64,000 bases of DNA from a virus (taxonomy: Duplodnaviria > Heunggongvirae > Uroviricota > Caudoviricetes): the IMG/VR virus record IMGVR_UViG_3300046820_001896. One strand, written 5' to 3'. This document shows positions 16,311 through 26,238 of this stretch, one piece after another. The translations under genes and the position numbers were made by a program. Position 1 is the stretch's first letter. Each line of letters opens with the position of its first letter. Below the pieces are notes generated by a model, which worked only from the letters and a program-made list of their open reading frames with translations, was not told the DNA's origin and made no database searches.

Positions 16311-17046
16311 AGCTTTTGTCATTCATAAAGAAGATCAAGAGATAAGCAGTAAACTTGCTCAGGCTTGTGTAAACACGGGTAAAAAATTTGGTATACATGT
16401 TGAGAAGGTCAATGGACTATATCAACAAACTGCACAAGAATTTTTAGCTCATCACAACCTAAGACCTTATTTAGAGAATGGCAAAGAGACTCTACTAACA
16501 AAACAATTCCCACGAAAGGGTGTTTTGGCGAGTCATTATATGATGTGGTTGAAGTGTGCAGAGTTGGACGAACCAATCATCATCTTAGAACATGATGCTT
16601 TCTTTGTTCGACCTCTGCCAGAGGTTCATGGAAAGTTTACAGACTTTCTATCGCTTGATCCTCACACGAATGATCCTACTCAAGACACAGCTGAGTCACG
16701 TGCCACTTTCATAATGAATCCTAAATTATATGGAGAAAAAGTTATGAAAGATGGACCACAGACGATCGAACGTTTCTATGGTTATGGTAATTATACAGAT
16801 GAAATTAACTTCGAGCAGTTGAGGAATAGGTTCATTCGTGGTTCTCATGGATATATCATTACACCTGATGCATGTAAAAAACTTTTTAAAGTGATTGAAG
16901 AAATTGGTTATGTTACTAGTGATGTACAACTCAATTCATTATTCATAGAGATGTACATACTACAACCAAACGTAGTGCGAGTTAATGATTTTTTCTGCAA
17001 TACTTTTAATCATCAACGATATTCACATTGTAGTACCACAGTATAA
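16285..17046 (+). CDS. glycosyltransferase family 25-like (LPS/oligosaccharide glycosyltransferase), start revised to MIQSS
   Basis: GVLASHYMMWLKCAELDEPIIILEHDAFF resembles the GT25 GC.LSH...W...ILEDD motif. Confidence 0.5.
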   Translation: MIQSSASYKAFVIHKEDQEISSKLAQACVNTGKKFGIHVEKVNGLYQQTAQEFLAHHNLRPYLENGKETLLTKQFPRKGVLASHYMMWLKCAELDEPIIILEHDAFFVRPLPEVHGKFTDFLSLDPHTNDPTQDTAESRATFIMNPKLYGEKVMKDGPQTIERFYGYGNYTDEINFEQLRNRFIRGSHGYIITPDACKKLFKVIEEIGYVTSDVQLNSLFIEMYILQPNVVRVNDFFCNTFNHQRYSHCSTTV

Positions 17047-17048
17047 GC

Positions 17049-17078
17049 ATGTACTGCAGGAAATTAATGTGGTATAAT
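17049..17078 (+). promoter_or_regulatory. middle-type promoter ATGTACTG-N16-TATAAT
   Basis: Motif match with TGTGG extended -10. Confidence 0.5.
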
Positions 17079-17097
17079 AATACAATGAGGAGAAAAT

Positions 17098-18294
17098 ATG
17101 GCAACAGTAAAGATTAATGGTAAGGCTTTCAAGCCACCAAAAAAGCGTATCACAAACCCATTGATGGTTGATGAGAAGTACACTGGAGAGGAACCGATCT
17201 TTGCTGGTGTCGAATTCAAAGACGAGACTCATCGCAAAGTCTCGTTAATGAGAGCTTTTAATTATTACAACTACTTCAATAGCGGTAAACACTTTAAGAA
17301 AGACTTGATTAAATATGCTAAAGACGAACTTAAATTCAGTAAAGACAAGCTTGAATTGTTGGATAGCTCGCCTGATTGGACTGCTGAACTACAATCTGGA
17401 GCTCTTTTGCGTATGCGTAGTCGCGGTCTTGTTCTTCGCGATGCAGAGTTTAAATACATAAACAACGTTCTCGAAAAAATGATGCTTGCGACTACACGCA
17501 AGATCAAAGAAGATGCTGTTGAAGATGCAAAAGATGCAGCAAACGGTCATGTTAAACGTGAAGTCATATCAGTACAAGAACGTCTTCGAATGAAAGTGGA
17601 TGCAACTGTATTAGGCGATCTCGAAGACATGCTCGATCAATGGATTATGGGAGAATCACCATTCATTGATGTATACGAAGCAATGAAAGCAGCCATTTTA
17701 CCTGCAATGGCATCTAAACATATCATTGATTGGTCTCAAAGGCATCTTGTGGAGATTCAAGGTGCTATAAATAAGACAGATCCTCAGTTAGTTGAGGGTT
17801 ATTCTCATCTTACATTAAAACGTAAGAAAGAATTTGCATCATGGTTCGAGGGTATTATTGCAGATGCTCAGCGTTTTGGTACTAACACTAAGACTGTCCG
17901 CAAAGCCCGTACGAAAAAACCTGTATCTCTCGAGAAACAAGTCTCGAAGCTCAAATACTTGAAGGAGTCGCCCGAGCATAAATTAGTTTCGATCAATCCG
18001 TCTCTGATAATCGGTGCCACAGAGTTGTGGACTTACAATGTTAAGTACAAATCTCTAACGCGCTATATCGCTGAGTCAGGTCTTGGGTTTGAAATCAAGG
18101 GCACTTCCCTTATCAAGTTTAATACTTCCGAATCCCAAACACGTACACTACGTAAGCCTGAAGAAACGTTATCAGAGGTGCTGTCGTCTTCAAAAACGAA
18201 AGCAGCCAAACTTTTTGCTTCACTTACTACGAAGCCTAAAGAACCAAATGGACGGATCAACGAAGATACGATCATTTTAAAGGTAACTAAATGA
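17098..18294 (+). CDS. hypothetical protein (398 aa)
   Basis: Long ORF. Confidence 0.55.
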   Translation: MATVKINGKAFKPPKKRITNPLMVDEKYTGEEPIFAGVEFKDETHRKVSLMRAFNYYNYFNSGKHFKKDLIKYAKDELKFSKDKLELLDSSPDWTAELQSGALLRMRSRGLVLRDAEFKYINNVLEKMMLATTRKIKEDAVEDAKDAANGHVKREVISVQERLRMKVDATVLGDLEDMLDQWIMGESPFIDVYEAMKAAILPAMASKHIIDWSQRHLVEIQGAINKTDPQLVEGYSHLTLKRKKEFASWFEGIIADAQRFGTNTKTVRKARTKKPVSLEKQVSKLKYLKESPEHKLVSINPSLIIGATELWTYNVKYKSLTRYIAESGLGFEIKGTSLIKFNTSESQTRTLRKPEETLSEVLSSSKTKAAKLFASLTTKPKEPNGRINEDTIILKVTK

Positions 18295-18821
18295 CAGAAA
18301 TATTAATCGCGATCACTACATGGATATCGGCGTTGGTAAACCCGATTCCATTAAATGAGCAAGATGTATATTGTCTAACACGTAACGCATACTACGAAGC
18401 GAAAGGGGATTCGCAGATGTCACAGATCGCTGTGACACACGTAGTTTTAAATCGCATGAAAGATCCAGGTTTTCCTAAGAGTGCCTGCGATGTAGTCTAT
18501 CAAAAGACTAAACACGAAGCAAAGACTACATGTCAGTTTTCGTGGACATGCGATCGCCGATTAATGGGTCAACTTGCACCGCAAGAATCCGATATTTGGC
18601 AAGATTCTTTAGAATCAGTTCGTCAAGCACTAAAGATGTATTATCATCGCAATGTTGACGTAACACAAGGATCTACATTTTATCATGCGCACTATGTCAA
18701 TCCACAATGGAGAGGCGTAGAACGAGTAACAACAATTGGTAGCCACATATATTATAAGGTAAATGAAAAATGTCAGAACAACCAGAAGGCATGTTCACAA
18801 AAAAGTCGTTCAGCGATTTAG
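18291..18821 (+). CDS. SleB-like cell-wall hydrolase (Hydrolase_2 family)
   Basis: CLTRNAYYEAKGDS...IAVTHVVLNRMKD...CDVVYQ...CQFSW resembles the SleB/CwlJ hydrolase core. Confidence 0.6.
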   Translation: MTEILIAITTWISALVNPIPLNEQDVYCLTRNAYYEAKGDSQMSQIAVTHVVLNRMKDPGFPKSACDVVYQKTKHEAKTTCQFSWTCDRRLMGQLAPQESDIWQDSLESVRQALKMYYHRNVDVTQGSTFYHAHYVNPQWRGVERVTTIGSHIYYKVNEKCQNNQKACSQKSRSAI

Positions 18822-19006
18822 TTCAAGAACGAGTTAAGAAGGATCGATCAACATACCTCGATGCAATCATGGATATTTGCAAAGAGCGTATGTTAGATCC
18901 AGAAGACGTGGCAAAAATGTTGAGTAATCCTATTAAAGCCAAACTCGAGGCTGAAGGGATGAATCTTGGTTATTTAAAGAAAAAGAATGAGTTACAGTTC
19001 GATTGA
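18770..19006 (+). CDS. small protein (78 aa) in the position of T4 gp33/dsbA
   Basis: Located immediately upstream of gp59-gp32, as in T4. Confidence 0.35.
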   Translation: MSEQPEGMFTKKSFSDLVQERVKKDRSTYLDAIMDICKERMLDPEDVAKMLSNPIKAKLEAEGMNLGYLKKKNELQFD

Positions 19007-19607
19007 TGGCTTCACAGCATACCAAAAGTATATTGCAATTAAGTTGCACTTTGAATCAAAGACGTATGACTATTTCAAATACAATGGTAAATCGAGCGTA
19101 ACTCCTAAATCATTCTTTGCTCGTAGAGATAAGTACTTCTTTGCGAAACTAGTGAGGACGTATGGCATCGACGAGTTACCATACTTTTTTGCTTGTAACT
19201 TTGCACATCATGGTACGAAGTGGGTTGGTGGATTAACTGACGATCAAGCTGATGAGACGTATAAGTCTTATAAAAGTTTGTTAGAAAGTTTCACATATCG
19301 CTTCAAAAATGATATAGATAAAATTATATCGGTGAACGACTTCAAAAGTTTGTTTGTGGTAGAGGATGGACAACATCCTAAACTCGTTAAGATGTTAATT
19401 CAAAACGAGATACCACTCGAGACCTTTGTTGTCCTTAATCGATACATAGACTTCATGCCGAAGTTCGACAAAGAGATAACAGATCCCATCATGTGGCCTG
19501 ATATCTCGCTGAAGATCAGAAAGTATGATAAGTTTATTTCGGTGAATAACAAAAAAGTCGCAGAGGCGTTAAAAGATTGTTTACAATCGAATGCCGTTGT
19601 GGTATAA
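18987..19607 (+). CDS. 59: gp59 helicase-loading protein
   Basis: RRDKYFFAKLVRTYGIDELPYFFACNF matches T4 gp59 RRDKYFFQKLSEKY...; 206 aa; adjacent to gene 32. Confidence 0.75.
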   Translation: MSYSSIDGFTAYQKYIAIKLHFESKTYDYFKYNGKSSVTPKSFFARRDKYFFAKLVRTYGIDELPYFFACNFAHHGTKWVGGLTDDQADETYKSYKSLLESFTYRFKNDIDKIISVNDFKSLFVVEDGQHPKLVKMLIQNEIPLETFVVLNRYIDFMPKFDKEITDPIMWPDISLKIRKYDKFISVNNKKVAEALKDCLQSNAVVV

Positions 19608-19608
19608 T
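19579..19608 (+). promoter_or_regulatory. middle-type promoter variant GTTTACAA-N16-TATAAT (TGTGG extended -10)
   Basis: Inside the gp59 3' end, upstream of gene 32. Confidence 0.45.
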
Positions 19609-19653
19609 AGTTATTCCATACAATGTTAAACACTGCTATATAAGGAACATAAT

Positions 19654-20550
19654 ATGTCATTAGCAAATCTCAAAGCAAATCGCGTTTCAGCGATCAACAA
19701 ACTAGTTGCAGCAGCCGAAAAAGTCGGCGGTGGTCAGCAACAATCTTTCGAAGACAATCGCATGTGGAAACCTGAGGTCGACAAAGCTGGTAACGGTTTT
19801 GCGGTCATTCGTTTCTTGCCAGCACCCGAAGGTGATGATTATCCATGGACTCGTTATTGGGACCACGGTTTTCAAGGTCCTGGTGGTTGGTACATCGAAA
19901 AGTCTTTGACTTCCATCGGTGGTCAAGATCCAGTTTCTGAAATCAACTCTAAACTATGGAATAGTGGTTTAGAATCTGATAAGGATATCGCACGTAAACA
20001 GAAGCGTCGTCTTCACTACGTATCGAACATCCTCGTTGTTTCAGATCCAGCTCATCCCGAAAATGAAGGTAAAGTATTCCTCTTCCAATATGGTAAGAAG
20101 ATCTATGACAAGATGATGGATGTTATGCAACCACAATTCCAAGACGAAACACCGGTTAATCCTTTCGATCTATGGGAAGGTGCAAACTTTAAGTTGAAGA
20201 TTCGCAACGTTGAAGGTTATCGTAACTATGACAAATCAGAGTTCGATAAGCAAAGCGCTGTTGCAAATGGCGATGAAGAAGAACTTGAAGCAATCTATTC
20301 TAAGTGCTACTCACTCAAAGAGTTCACTGATCCTAAGACTTACAAAACTTATGATGAATTGAAAGCAAAGCTCGAGCGTGTATTGGGTGGTTCCGCACCA
20401 CGTACTACTGCTGAGTCCATCACTCTTGATGAATCAGCTACTGCACCATCAGTTGGTAAGACTAAGTTCGCACCAGTTGAAGCATCAGATGACGAAGCAG
20501 GTGACGACGAAACTTTGTCATACTTCTCACGTCTAGCTAAAGAAGCTTAA
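19654..20550 (+). CDS. 32: gp32 single-stranded DNA-binding protein
   Basis: Collinear with T4 gp32: NGFAVIRFLP, WYIEKS, VSNILVVSDPAHPENEGKVF, GKKIYDKM, and an acidic C-terminus. 298 aa. Confidence 0.9.
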   Translation: MSLANLKANRVSAINKLVAAAEKVGGGQQQSFEDNRMWKPEVDKAGNGFAVIRFLPAPEGDDYPWTRYWDHGFQGPGGWYIEKSLTSIGGQDPVSEINSKLWNSGLESDKDIARKQKRRLHYVSNILVVSDPAHPENEGKVFLFQYGKKIYDKMMDVMQPQFQDETPVNPFDLWEGANFKLKIRNVEGYRNYDKSEFDKQSAVANGDEEELEAIYSKCYSLKEFTDPKTYKTYDELKAKLERVLGGSAPRTTAESITLDESATAPSVGKTKFAPVEASDDEAGDDETLSYFSRLAKEA

Positions 20551-20559
20551 TTGAGTTAT

Positions 20560-20585
20560 GGGTGGGGGAAACTCCACCCATTTTA
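20560..20585 (+). terminator. rho-independent terminator after gene 32
   Basis: GGGTGG-GGGAAACT-CCACCC followed by ATTTTAT. Confidence 0.55.
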
Positions 20586-20589
20586 TACT

Positions 20590-21003
20590 ATGAATGAACA
20601 CGACGAATTTTTCCCCTTCGAAATCAACCACGATATGATTATGCGCGCCGATATGATGACGTGCACACATGACTGTGTCCGTATGATTCAGAAGAACGAA
20701 TACCTAACTGTAGGTGAATACTTACAGAGCATTACAACAAGTCAACTCGACGAGATGCTAGATGTTGCAGAGAATGAAGACAATCCAAAGATGGAGGAAT
20801 TCCTTCTTATTGCAGAGATGCTAGCACGAGCAGAAGGTTTAGAAGGATCAGAGGATTTTGATGTACTTCATAAACGACTAAATATTTTCCTTGCATTGAT
20901 TGCAATTGAGAGTCTCTATCGTAGAGGTATGATTAGAATCTATCGCGAGAATATGTCATTCGGCGATGATATGAATACGAAGAAAATAGCAGAGAAGTTG
21001 TAA
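20590..21003 (+). CDS. hypothetical protein (137 aa), start revised to MNEHDEFF
   Basis: The track ORF start lies inside the terminator hairpin. Confidence 0.5.
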   Translation: MNEHDEFFPFEINHDMIMRADMMTCTHDCVRMIQKNEYLTVGEYLQSITTSQLDEMLDVAENEDNPKMEEFLLIAEMLARAEGLEGSEDFDVLHKRLNIFLALIAIESLYRRGMIRIYRENMSFGDDMNTKKIAEKL

Positions 21004-21318
21004 ATGGCTGGTGTTTACAAGCAAAAAGAATGTAAGCAGTGCGGAGAGGTTCACAGAAAACGTGGACCTTTTTGCTCTCAAGCTTGTTCTAATTCTTTTC
21101 GTGAAGTAGGCATAAAGACAAAGCTATTGCATTCTCATAATGCTAAAGAATGGAAGAAAACACCCGAAGGTGTAGCGAGTACAAAGAAGTTTGCGCGTGA
21201 TATTGAGACTCATAAGAAGAATGAGGAACGTAGAGCAAACGGTGAATATGTATTACAAGAAGATGATTGGTATGTGCTACCACCATCTGATTATGATGAC
21301 GATGGTATTGAACTATGA
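21004..21318 (+). CDS. hypothetical protein with N-terminal Cys4 zinc-ribbon (104 aa)
   Basis: CKQCGEV...CSQACS. Confidence 0.45.
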   Translation: MAGVYKQKECKQCGEVHRKRGPFCSQACSNSFREVGIKTKLLHSHNAKEWKKTPEGVASTKKFARDIETHKKNEERRANGEYVLQEDDWYVLPPSDYDDDGIEL

Positions 21319-21509
21319 CAAACAGAGATAAACAAAAAGCAAGATGTGAGTTGATGGTTGAAGCATTAGTTGGTAAAGAAATGGCACCAAAATGGTGGGC
21401 ATCTCCAAATAAAGCATTTAAAGATCAAACACCATTCGTTGCTTTTGAATTAAATTCAGATGAAGTGCATGATTATTTGGCATGGCATTGTTACGGAGGA
21501 TTCGCATAA
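21315..21509 (+). CDS. hypothetical protein (64 aa)
   Basis: ORF; ATGA overlap. Confidence 0.35.
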   Translation: MTNRDKQKARCELMVEALVGKEMAPKWWASPNKAFKDQTPFVAFELNSDEVHDYLAWHCYGGFA

Positions 21510-21669
21510 TGGTACCATGGATTGATGTGATTAATTTTTTAGGATTTAACATCTCATACGTAAAAAGTGATCGTATGTGGAATTGGGGTTTCCACATAGG
21601 ATGGGCATATAAACGATTTAATATTTCGTTAAATATAAATCCCACAATTAAAGATGATTATGGGTTGTC

Positions 21670-21921
21670 ATGATGTATGTAATAGCAGGAACTTATGAAG
21701 AATATAATAATTTCATAAAAGGTAGAAATTACAACACTAGTGAATATAAGTATGTTACCAACGCAAATAGTTTGCGAGGTGTGACAGATCCCCATGGTTT
21801 TTTTGTGGGAACTTGGGAGAAAAGACTCGATCGTGATGATATTCTCTCTCAATTGTGGATGTGTACACGTACACGAAATCCTTTACTCGACGATATCATC
21901 GAAGAAGTCGATAAAGGTTAA
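21670..21921 (+). CDS. hypothetical protein (83 aa)
   Basis: ORF. Confidence 0.35.
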   Translation: MMYVIAGTYEEYNNFIKGRNYNTSEYKYVTNANSLRGVTDPHGFFVGTWEKRLDRDDILSQLWMCTRTRNPLLDDIIEEVDKG

Positions 21922-21936
21922 TTAAAGGAAATAAAA

Positions 21937-22518
21937 ATGAATGTATATATTTTGTTAGATCGTAGTGGCTCAATGCAAACCATGTGGGGAGAAGCATTAG
22001 GTTCAATCAATGGTTATGTTAAGAAGTTAAACAAAAAAGATAAAGTGCACTTAGCCGTATTTGATAGCGTATCGCATGATGTAGTACGTGATTGCACAGT
22101 TGAGAAGTGGAAAGATATCAACACTGAAGAAGTATCTCCAAGAGGTGGTACACCATTATATGACTCATGCGGCAAAGTCATGTCATTGGCTGAAGAAGCA
22201 GACGCACGTAAAACATTAATGGTTGTAATGACTGATGGATTTGAGAACGCATCACATGAGTATACACAAGCAGCGATCAAAGCTAAAGTAGAATCATGGA
22301 CTGATAAGAAATGGGAAGTAGTATTCCTTGGTGCAAACTTTGATGCAGTTGAATCCGTATCGAACTCTATCGGTGTAGTTGGTTCTAAGACATTGAACTA
22401 TGGTGTCGGTAATTTTGCTCGCGGTATGGATACATTGATGGCATCTACTATGGCATACGCTAGTGGTGCATCAATCAACTTTAGCGACGCAGATAAGCAA
22501 GCAGCAGCAGGAAAATAA
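21937..22518 (+). CDS. von Willebrand factor type A (vWA) domain protein
   Basis: MIDAS motif DRSGSM with downstream T and D residues; Rossmann-like alternation. Confidence 0.6.
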   Translation: MNVYILLDRSGSMQTMWGEALGSINGYVKKLNKKDKVHLAVFDSVSHDVVRDCTVEKWKDINTEEVSPRGGTPLYDSCGKVMSLAEEADARKTLMVVMTDGFENASHEYTQAAIKAKVESWTDKKWEVVFLGANFDAVESVSNSIGVVGSKTLNYGVGNFARGMDTLMASTMAYASGASINFSDADKQAAAGK

Positions 22519-22539
22519 CTCGCAACGCAATTACATGCA

Positions 22540-22562
22540 GCCACCTTCGGGTGGCTTTTTTA
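22540..22562 (+). terminator. rho-independent terminator
   Basis: GCCACC-TTCG-GGTGGC followed by TTTTTT. Confidence 0.65.
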
Positions 22563-22565
22563 TTG

Positions 22566-22595
22566 GTGTACAGCAGAGAATAAATGTGGTATAAT
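22566..22595 (+). promoter_or_regulatory. middle-type promoter GTGTACAG-N16-TATAAT
   Basis: Motif match. Confidence 0.45.
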
Positions 22596-22626
22596 ATACC
22601 CATAACTGCAATTTTTAAGGATTACA

Positions 22627-22938
22627 ATGAGTGAATATACACCCGATCGATGGGTTTTGGTTGAATTGACTGTCACAGAGACAGGTGAGACACACACGAA
22701 AGTGTTTGCTGGTTGGTACGGCGGATACGGTGGTGCAGACTCATGGAAATTATCTTCGGGTGTTGTGAACACTGAAGATCGTGATGACTATTATGAATTC
22801 ACCAATCATAGTGGATCTGTCTATCGATGCTATAAGAATGCACAAGGAATGGGTGCATATATGAGTAGCGTTTACAGCGGTTTCCAACGTGATGCTGAGA
22901 AGACCGGTAAGTTTACCATGAATGTATTGAACATGTAA
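22627..22938 (+). CDS. hypothetical protein (103 aa)
   Basis: ORF. Confidence 0.45.
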   Translation: MSEYTPDRWVLVELTVTETGETHTKVFAGWYGGYGGADSWKLSSGVVNTEDRDDYYEFTNHSGSVYRCYKNAQGMGAYMSSVYSGFQRDAEKTGKFTMNVLNM

Positions 22939-22939
22939 T

Positions 22940-23221
22940 ATGTTGACACTATTTAAAACTGTTACAGAAGATGAAGCACGACCAGTGCCTCAAGAATCTC
23001 TTGATGAGATACTCATAGAACTATTAAATTATGGACAACCACGAATTGGTGTCTATGGTAGTGATATGAAATGGCATTGTAACGTTGAAATGAATACTAA
23101 CACAATCGGATCAGATTTTAAAGTACGTTCAGAATGGAATCATGCAACTCCGATTGAAGCAGCAAAAATATGCAGAGATCGTGTAGTGAAAGCAGTAGCA
23201 ATCTATAAGGAAATCAAATGA
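22940..23221 (+). CDS. hypothetical protein (93 aa)
   Basis: ORF. Confidence 0.4.
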   Translation: MLTLFKTVTEDEARPVPQESLDEILIELLNYGQPRIGVYGSDMKWHCNVEMNTNTIGSDFKVRSEWNHATPIEAAKICRDRVVKAVAIYKEIK

Positions 23222-23469
23222 TTTTAGATTATGAGAATCGTATCTATCTGAGCAAGCGCAACTTGCTGACCCTTCTATCCAAACTCGAGCGATTCGAGAA
23301 AGGTGAGGAGACTAAGTGTACGATCATTAAGAATGCCAATCCATTAGATCCATATTGTCAAACCATTGACGAGATCGCAGTCATTGCCATTCCCGATGAA
23401 CACTACTATACAAAGAGAAGTGCTGGACCTATGCACCCATCAGATGAAGCAAACATTAAAGGTAAGTGA
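23218..23469 (+). CDS. hypothetical protein (83 aa)
   Basis: ORF; ATGA overlap. Confidence 0.4.
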   Translation: MILDYENRIYLSKRNLLTLLSKLERFEKGEETKCTIIKNANPLDPYCQTIDEIAVIAIPDEHYYTKRSAGPMHPSDEANIKGK

Positions 23470-23813
23470 TGTTACAATACTCTGAAGAATACGATGCGTA
23501 TTATGACGACCAAACCAATGAATGGGTTGATAGTCGGTGTTGTGATCCCGCATGTGAATATTGTAGCAATAGACCAAAGAAACCTATGCATGAGACAAAC
23601 ACTGACAATCCTATTGATTTCCCACCTGTAAAGAATGATCTCGTATATCGGCTAAACAAACGAGCTGAGATTCGCCGTCAAATCACCACACGAAAATCAG
23701 TACAGGAAGGTGCACCTGATAGGATTGCAGACCTATTAGAGGAAGCAGCACAGAGGATCGCCATCCTCGAGAAGAACATTGCTATGATGAAGGAAGAAAA
23801 CAATGGAAAATGA
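23466..23813 (+). CDS. hypothetical protein (115 aa)
   Basis: ORF; ATGA overlap. Confidence 0.4.
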   Translation: MMLQYSEEYDAYYDDQTNEWVDSRCCDPACEYCSNRPKKPMHETNTDNPIDFPPVKNDLVYRLNKRAEIRRQITTRKSVQEGAPDRIADLLEEAAQRIAILEKNIAMMKEENNGK

Positions 23814-24138
23814 ATGTAAGCGCGAATTGAATTGGTGGGAACACTACCCACTACATCAACTATGGTGCAATGATCTGTGCCCACTAGTCCCACGATTCTC
23901 ATATCGACCTAAGGATGAATGGAATGCCGCAGATGTGAGTGTGCATTGGCTTATTTTCCACGTATGGACACTCAGTCATGTAAGCATTCAATTTGACCTT
24001 GAAATCTCCCCATCCTGTATCGGGTTCGGTGCCATCCTTCCGTATCTTCGTGTGTTTGTTGGTCCTCGTCATATGCATGGACCAATCGGCCAGTTTTTCT
24101 ATAAGTACCTCACACGTAAAGGAACCTCAAGATGGTAA
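23803..24138 (+). CDS. hypothetical Trp/His-rich protein (111 aa)
   Basis: ORF. Confidence 0.35.
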   Translation: MENECKRELNWWEHYPLHQLWCNDLCPLVPRFSYRPKDEWNAADVSVHWLIFHVWTLSHVSIQFDLEISPSCIGFGAILPYLRVFVGPRHMHGPIGQFFYKYLTRKGTSRW

Positions 24139-24332
24139 AATCATTCCTTCATACAGAAGACATAGATCGCATCAAGGCACTGATGGAAGCCATTGATTAT
24201 GATGGTAACTTTGAGATCGAGATCGATGAATCCTCAGGCATAGGAAGGACAGTCATTGTACATGTACCATATTCAGTCAATTCATTGCGTGGTACATTTT
24301 CTTATATTATTTCAAATGTGGAGAACTGGTAA
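24132..24332 (+). CDS. hypothetical protein (66 aa)
   Basis: ORF. Confidence 0.35.
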   Translation: MVKSFLHTEDIDRIKALMEAIDYDGNFEIEIDESSGIGRTVIVHVPYSVNSLRGTFSYIISNVENW

Positions 24333-24841
24333 TGAGTAACTATGAAAAACATGCATTGATGGAATTCCGTGCTGCAGGATGGATAGATGAGAATGGTAAT
24401 TATATCGATGAGATGCAAGAGATGATTTGTCGTCATGTACTTGCATTACTTGATGTATTCGATGGTGAGGGACATAGTGGATCCTCTGCACCGTATGCTA
24501 TCAATTTATTCTCCAAACTTGCTAAGTTTGATCCTGTTGTGCCATTGACTGGTGAAGATTGGGAATGGACTGAGGTAAGCGAACGAATGGGTAGCAAGTG
24601 TTGGCAAAACAAACGATGCGGTAAGGTGTTCAAGGATGAGGATGGACGAGCATACGATATCGATGGGAAAGTTTTTTGGGAATGGAGTGGTACGAAGGAA
24701 GATCCATATAAGTCGCACTACACATGCCGAGAATCTCGTGTGTATGTCACCTTCCCATATACTCCATCGACTGAGTATGTGTATCGATACTCTGATGCCA
24801 CTCCACCTGCCCCACCACAAACAGAGCAAGGGTTACTATGA
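24332..24841 (+). CDS. hypothetical protein (169 aa)
   Basis: ORF. Confidence 0.45.
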   Translation: MSNYEKHALMEFRAAGWIDENGNYIDEMQEMICRHVLALLDVFDGEGHSGSSAPYAINLFSKLAKFDPVVPLTGEDWEWTEVSERMGSKCWQNKRCGKVFKDEDGRAYDIDGKVFWEWSGTKEDPYKSHYTCRESRVYVTFPYTPSTEYVYRYSDATPPAPPQTEQGLL

Positions 24842-25017
24842 GCATAAGTTATGTAACCATTATGGTTGTAATATGGATGAACTCCGCGGGCCCTCAGATC
24901 ACAGTCACAGAGGTCAGTTCAGCATCTAATTGTTATGAGGCAAAAATGCAGATCGAGGCCTATGGCAAAAAGTTTAGGAAAGACTGGGATGTCAACGTAT
25001 TATGCATCAAGAAGTAA
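24838..25017 (+). CDS. small membrane protein (59 aa)
   Basis: ATGA overlap; hydrophobic N-terminus. Below the track's length threshold. Confidence 0.25.
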   Translation: MSISYVTIMVVIWMNSAGPQITVTEVSSASNCYEAKMQIEAYGKKFRKDWDVNVLCIKK

Positions 25018-25293
25018 AGAAGTGGTGTAATCGGTGTCAGAGGTACCACGATGCCAAACCGGTCGATCCACAAAAAATCATAGAACAACATGCCATGGAT
25101 CTTGCCAAACACATAGATCGTATGGTCATAGAGGAACTAAAGAATGAAAAATGACGCAATATTCTATGGATCAATTGTAGCTATGTTTGCATTCATGACA
25201 GGTAGTCCATTCATTGCACTAACGATCTTCCTCCTCTCCCTCTTGGCATCATAATAATAGTCTATCGTTTTGCATGTAATACTATCTTCCTAC

Positions 25294-25322
25294 ATGTACA
25301 AACTCACCCATTGTGATAGAAT
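25294..25322 (+). promoter_or_regulatory. middle-type promoter ATGTACAA-N15-TAGAAT
   Basis: Motif match with slightly shifted spacing. Confidence 0.4.
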
Positions 25323-25355
25323 AGGTTCTAACAGATTAAGAAAAGGACTAAGAAA

Positions 25356-25541
25356 ATGTACGGATACCTGCAAAGCTCATATGAACAAGACTTGGAAGTA
25401 GTCAAAGCCAAACTCGCCGAGGAAGGCATTCTCCACTACACAACATATAAGGCTAATCACTGTGTTGGTGTAAATTATGGTCGAGTCAGTGCATATTATA
25501 TTGTTCGTAATGGTAAGGTTGTAGATGTCCAAATCGATTGA
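25356..25541 (+). CDS. hypothetical protein (61 aa)
   Basis: ORF after a promoter. Confidence 0.35.
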   Translation: MYGYLQSSYEQDLEVVKAKLAEEGILHYTTYKANHCVGVNYGRVSAYYIVRNGKVVDVQID

Positions 25542-25607
25542 AAATTTCCTCGCTAAACTCGCCTCTGATAAAGAGATCATGAACGTATTGAAAAGAATGG
25601 CTAATAA

Positions 25608-25850
25608 ATGAATACTAAGACTCGCACCCTCTACTCCCTCGAACTCGACATTTGCTCAGAATACCCAACCTCTGAACTCGATCAGGACATGTCAAACTAT
25701 GGATTAGTAGCTGAACTCATCGATCCAAATGGACCAGGAGGAGGCAATCCAGTCTACAAATTCTCATCATATAATAAGGACGACCTTCTCGCCTTCGCCG
25801 AGGTATGTGGATATGATGATGCAGAGGAATACCTCGAGGAAACAGTATGA
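25608..25850 (+). CDS. hypothetical acidic protein (80 aa)
   Basis: ORF. Confidence 0.35.
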   Translation: MNTKTRTLYSLELDICSEYPTSELDQDMSNYGLVAELIDPNGPGGGNPVYKFSSYNKDDLLAFAEVCGYDDAEEYLEETV

Positions 25851-26010
25851 ACAAAATAGAATACGATAACACCACCTCTCTTACCCATTTCATGGACCTA
25901 TTCACTATCAATAGATTAGAGAGAACGATCTACTTTGAGGAGAACTGCACTCCCCAAAACACCGAACTCATTAATTCATGTAAAGTAGTAGTAGAACATC
26001 TAAAAGCTGT

Positions 26011-26238
26011 ATGGGGGATCAAGTAATGGATGCAGCACTAAAAGTAGTCTTCGCAGCATTGATCATCACGTTCATTGGCTTCTTCGTGTATGTCATCCCA
26101 TTAGACATGGATAGGACAAAAAGAGCAGAACAATTAGCCACAGAGATGGGATGTACGTATATCGGTAATGCAAGGGATTTAAACTCGGTCAAGTTCTTCC
26201 AGTGCGGTGAGAATATAGTACTAAGGAGAGTGAAATGA
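26011..26238 (+). CDS. small membrane protein (75 aa)
   Basis: TM helix AALIITFIGFFVYVI. Confidence 0.35.
   Translation: MGDQVMDAALKVVFAALIITFIGFFVYVIPLDMDRTKRAEQLATEMGCTYIGNARDLNSVKFFQCGENIVLRRVK

Noticed and set aside
20551-20589. Track start MSYGWGKLHPFYT downstream of gene 32
   Set aside because: The codons are the terminator hairpin GGGTGGGGGAAACTCCACCC.
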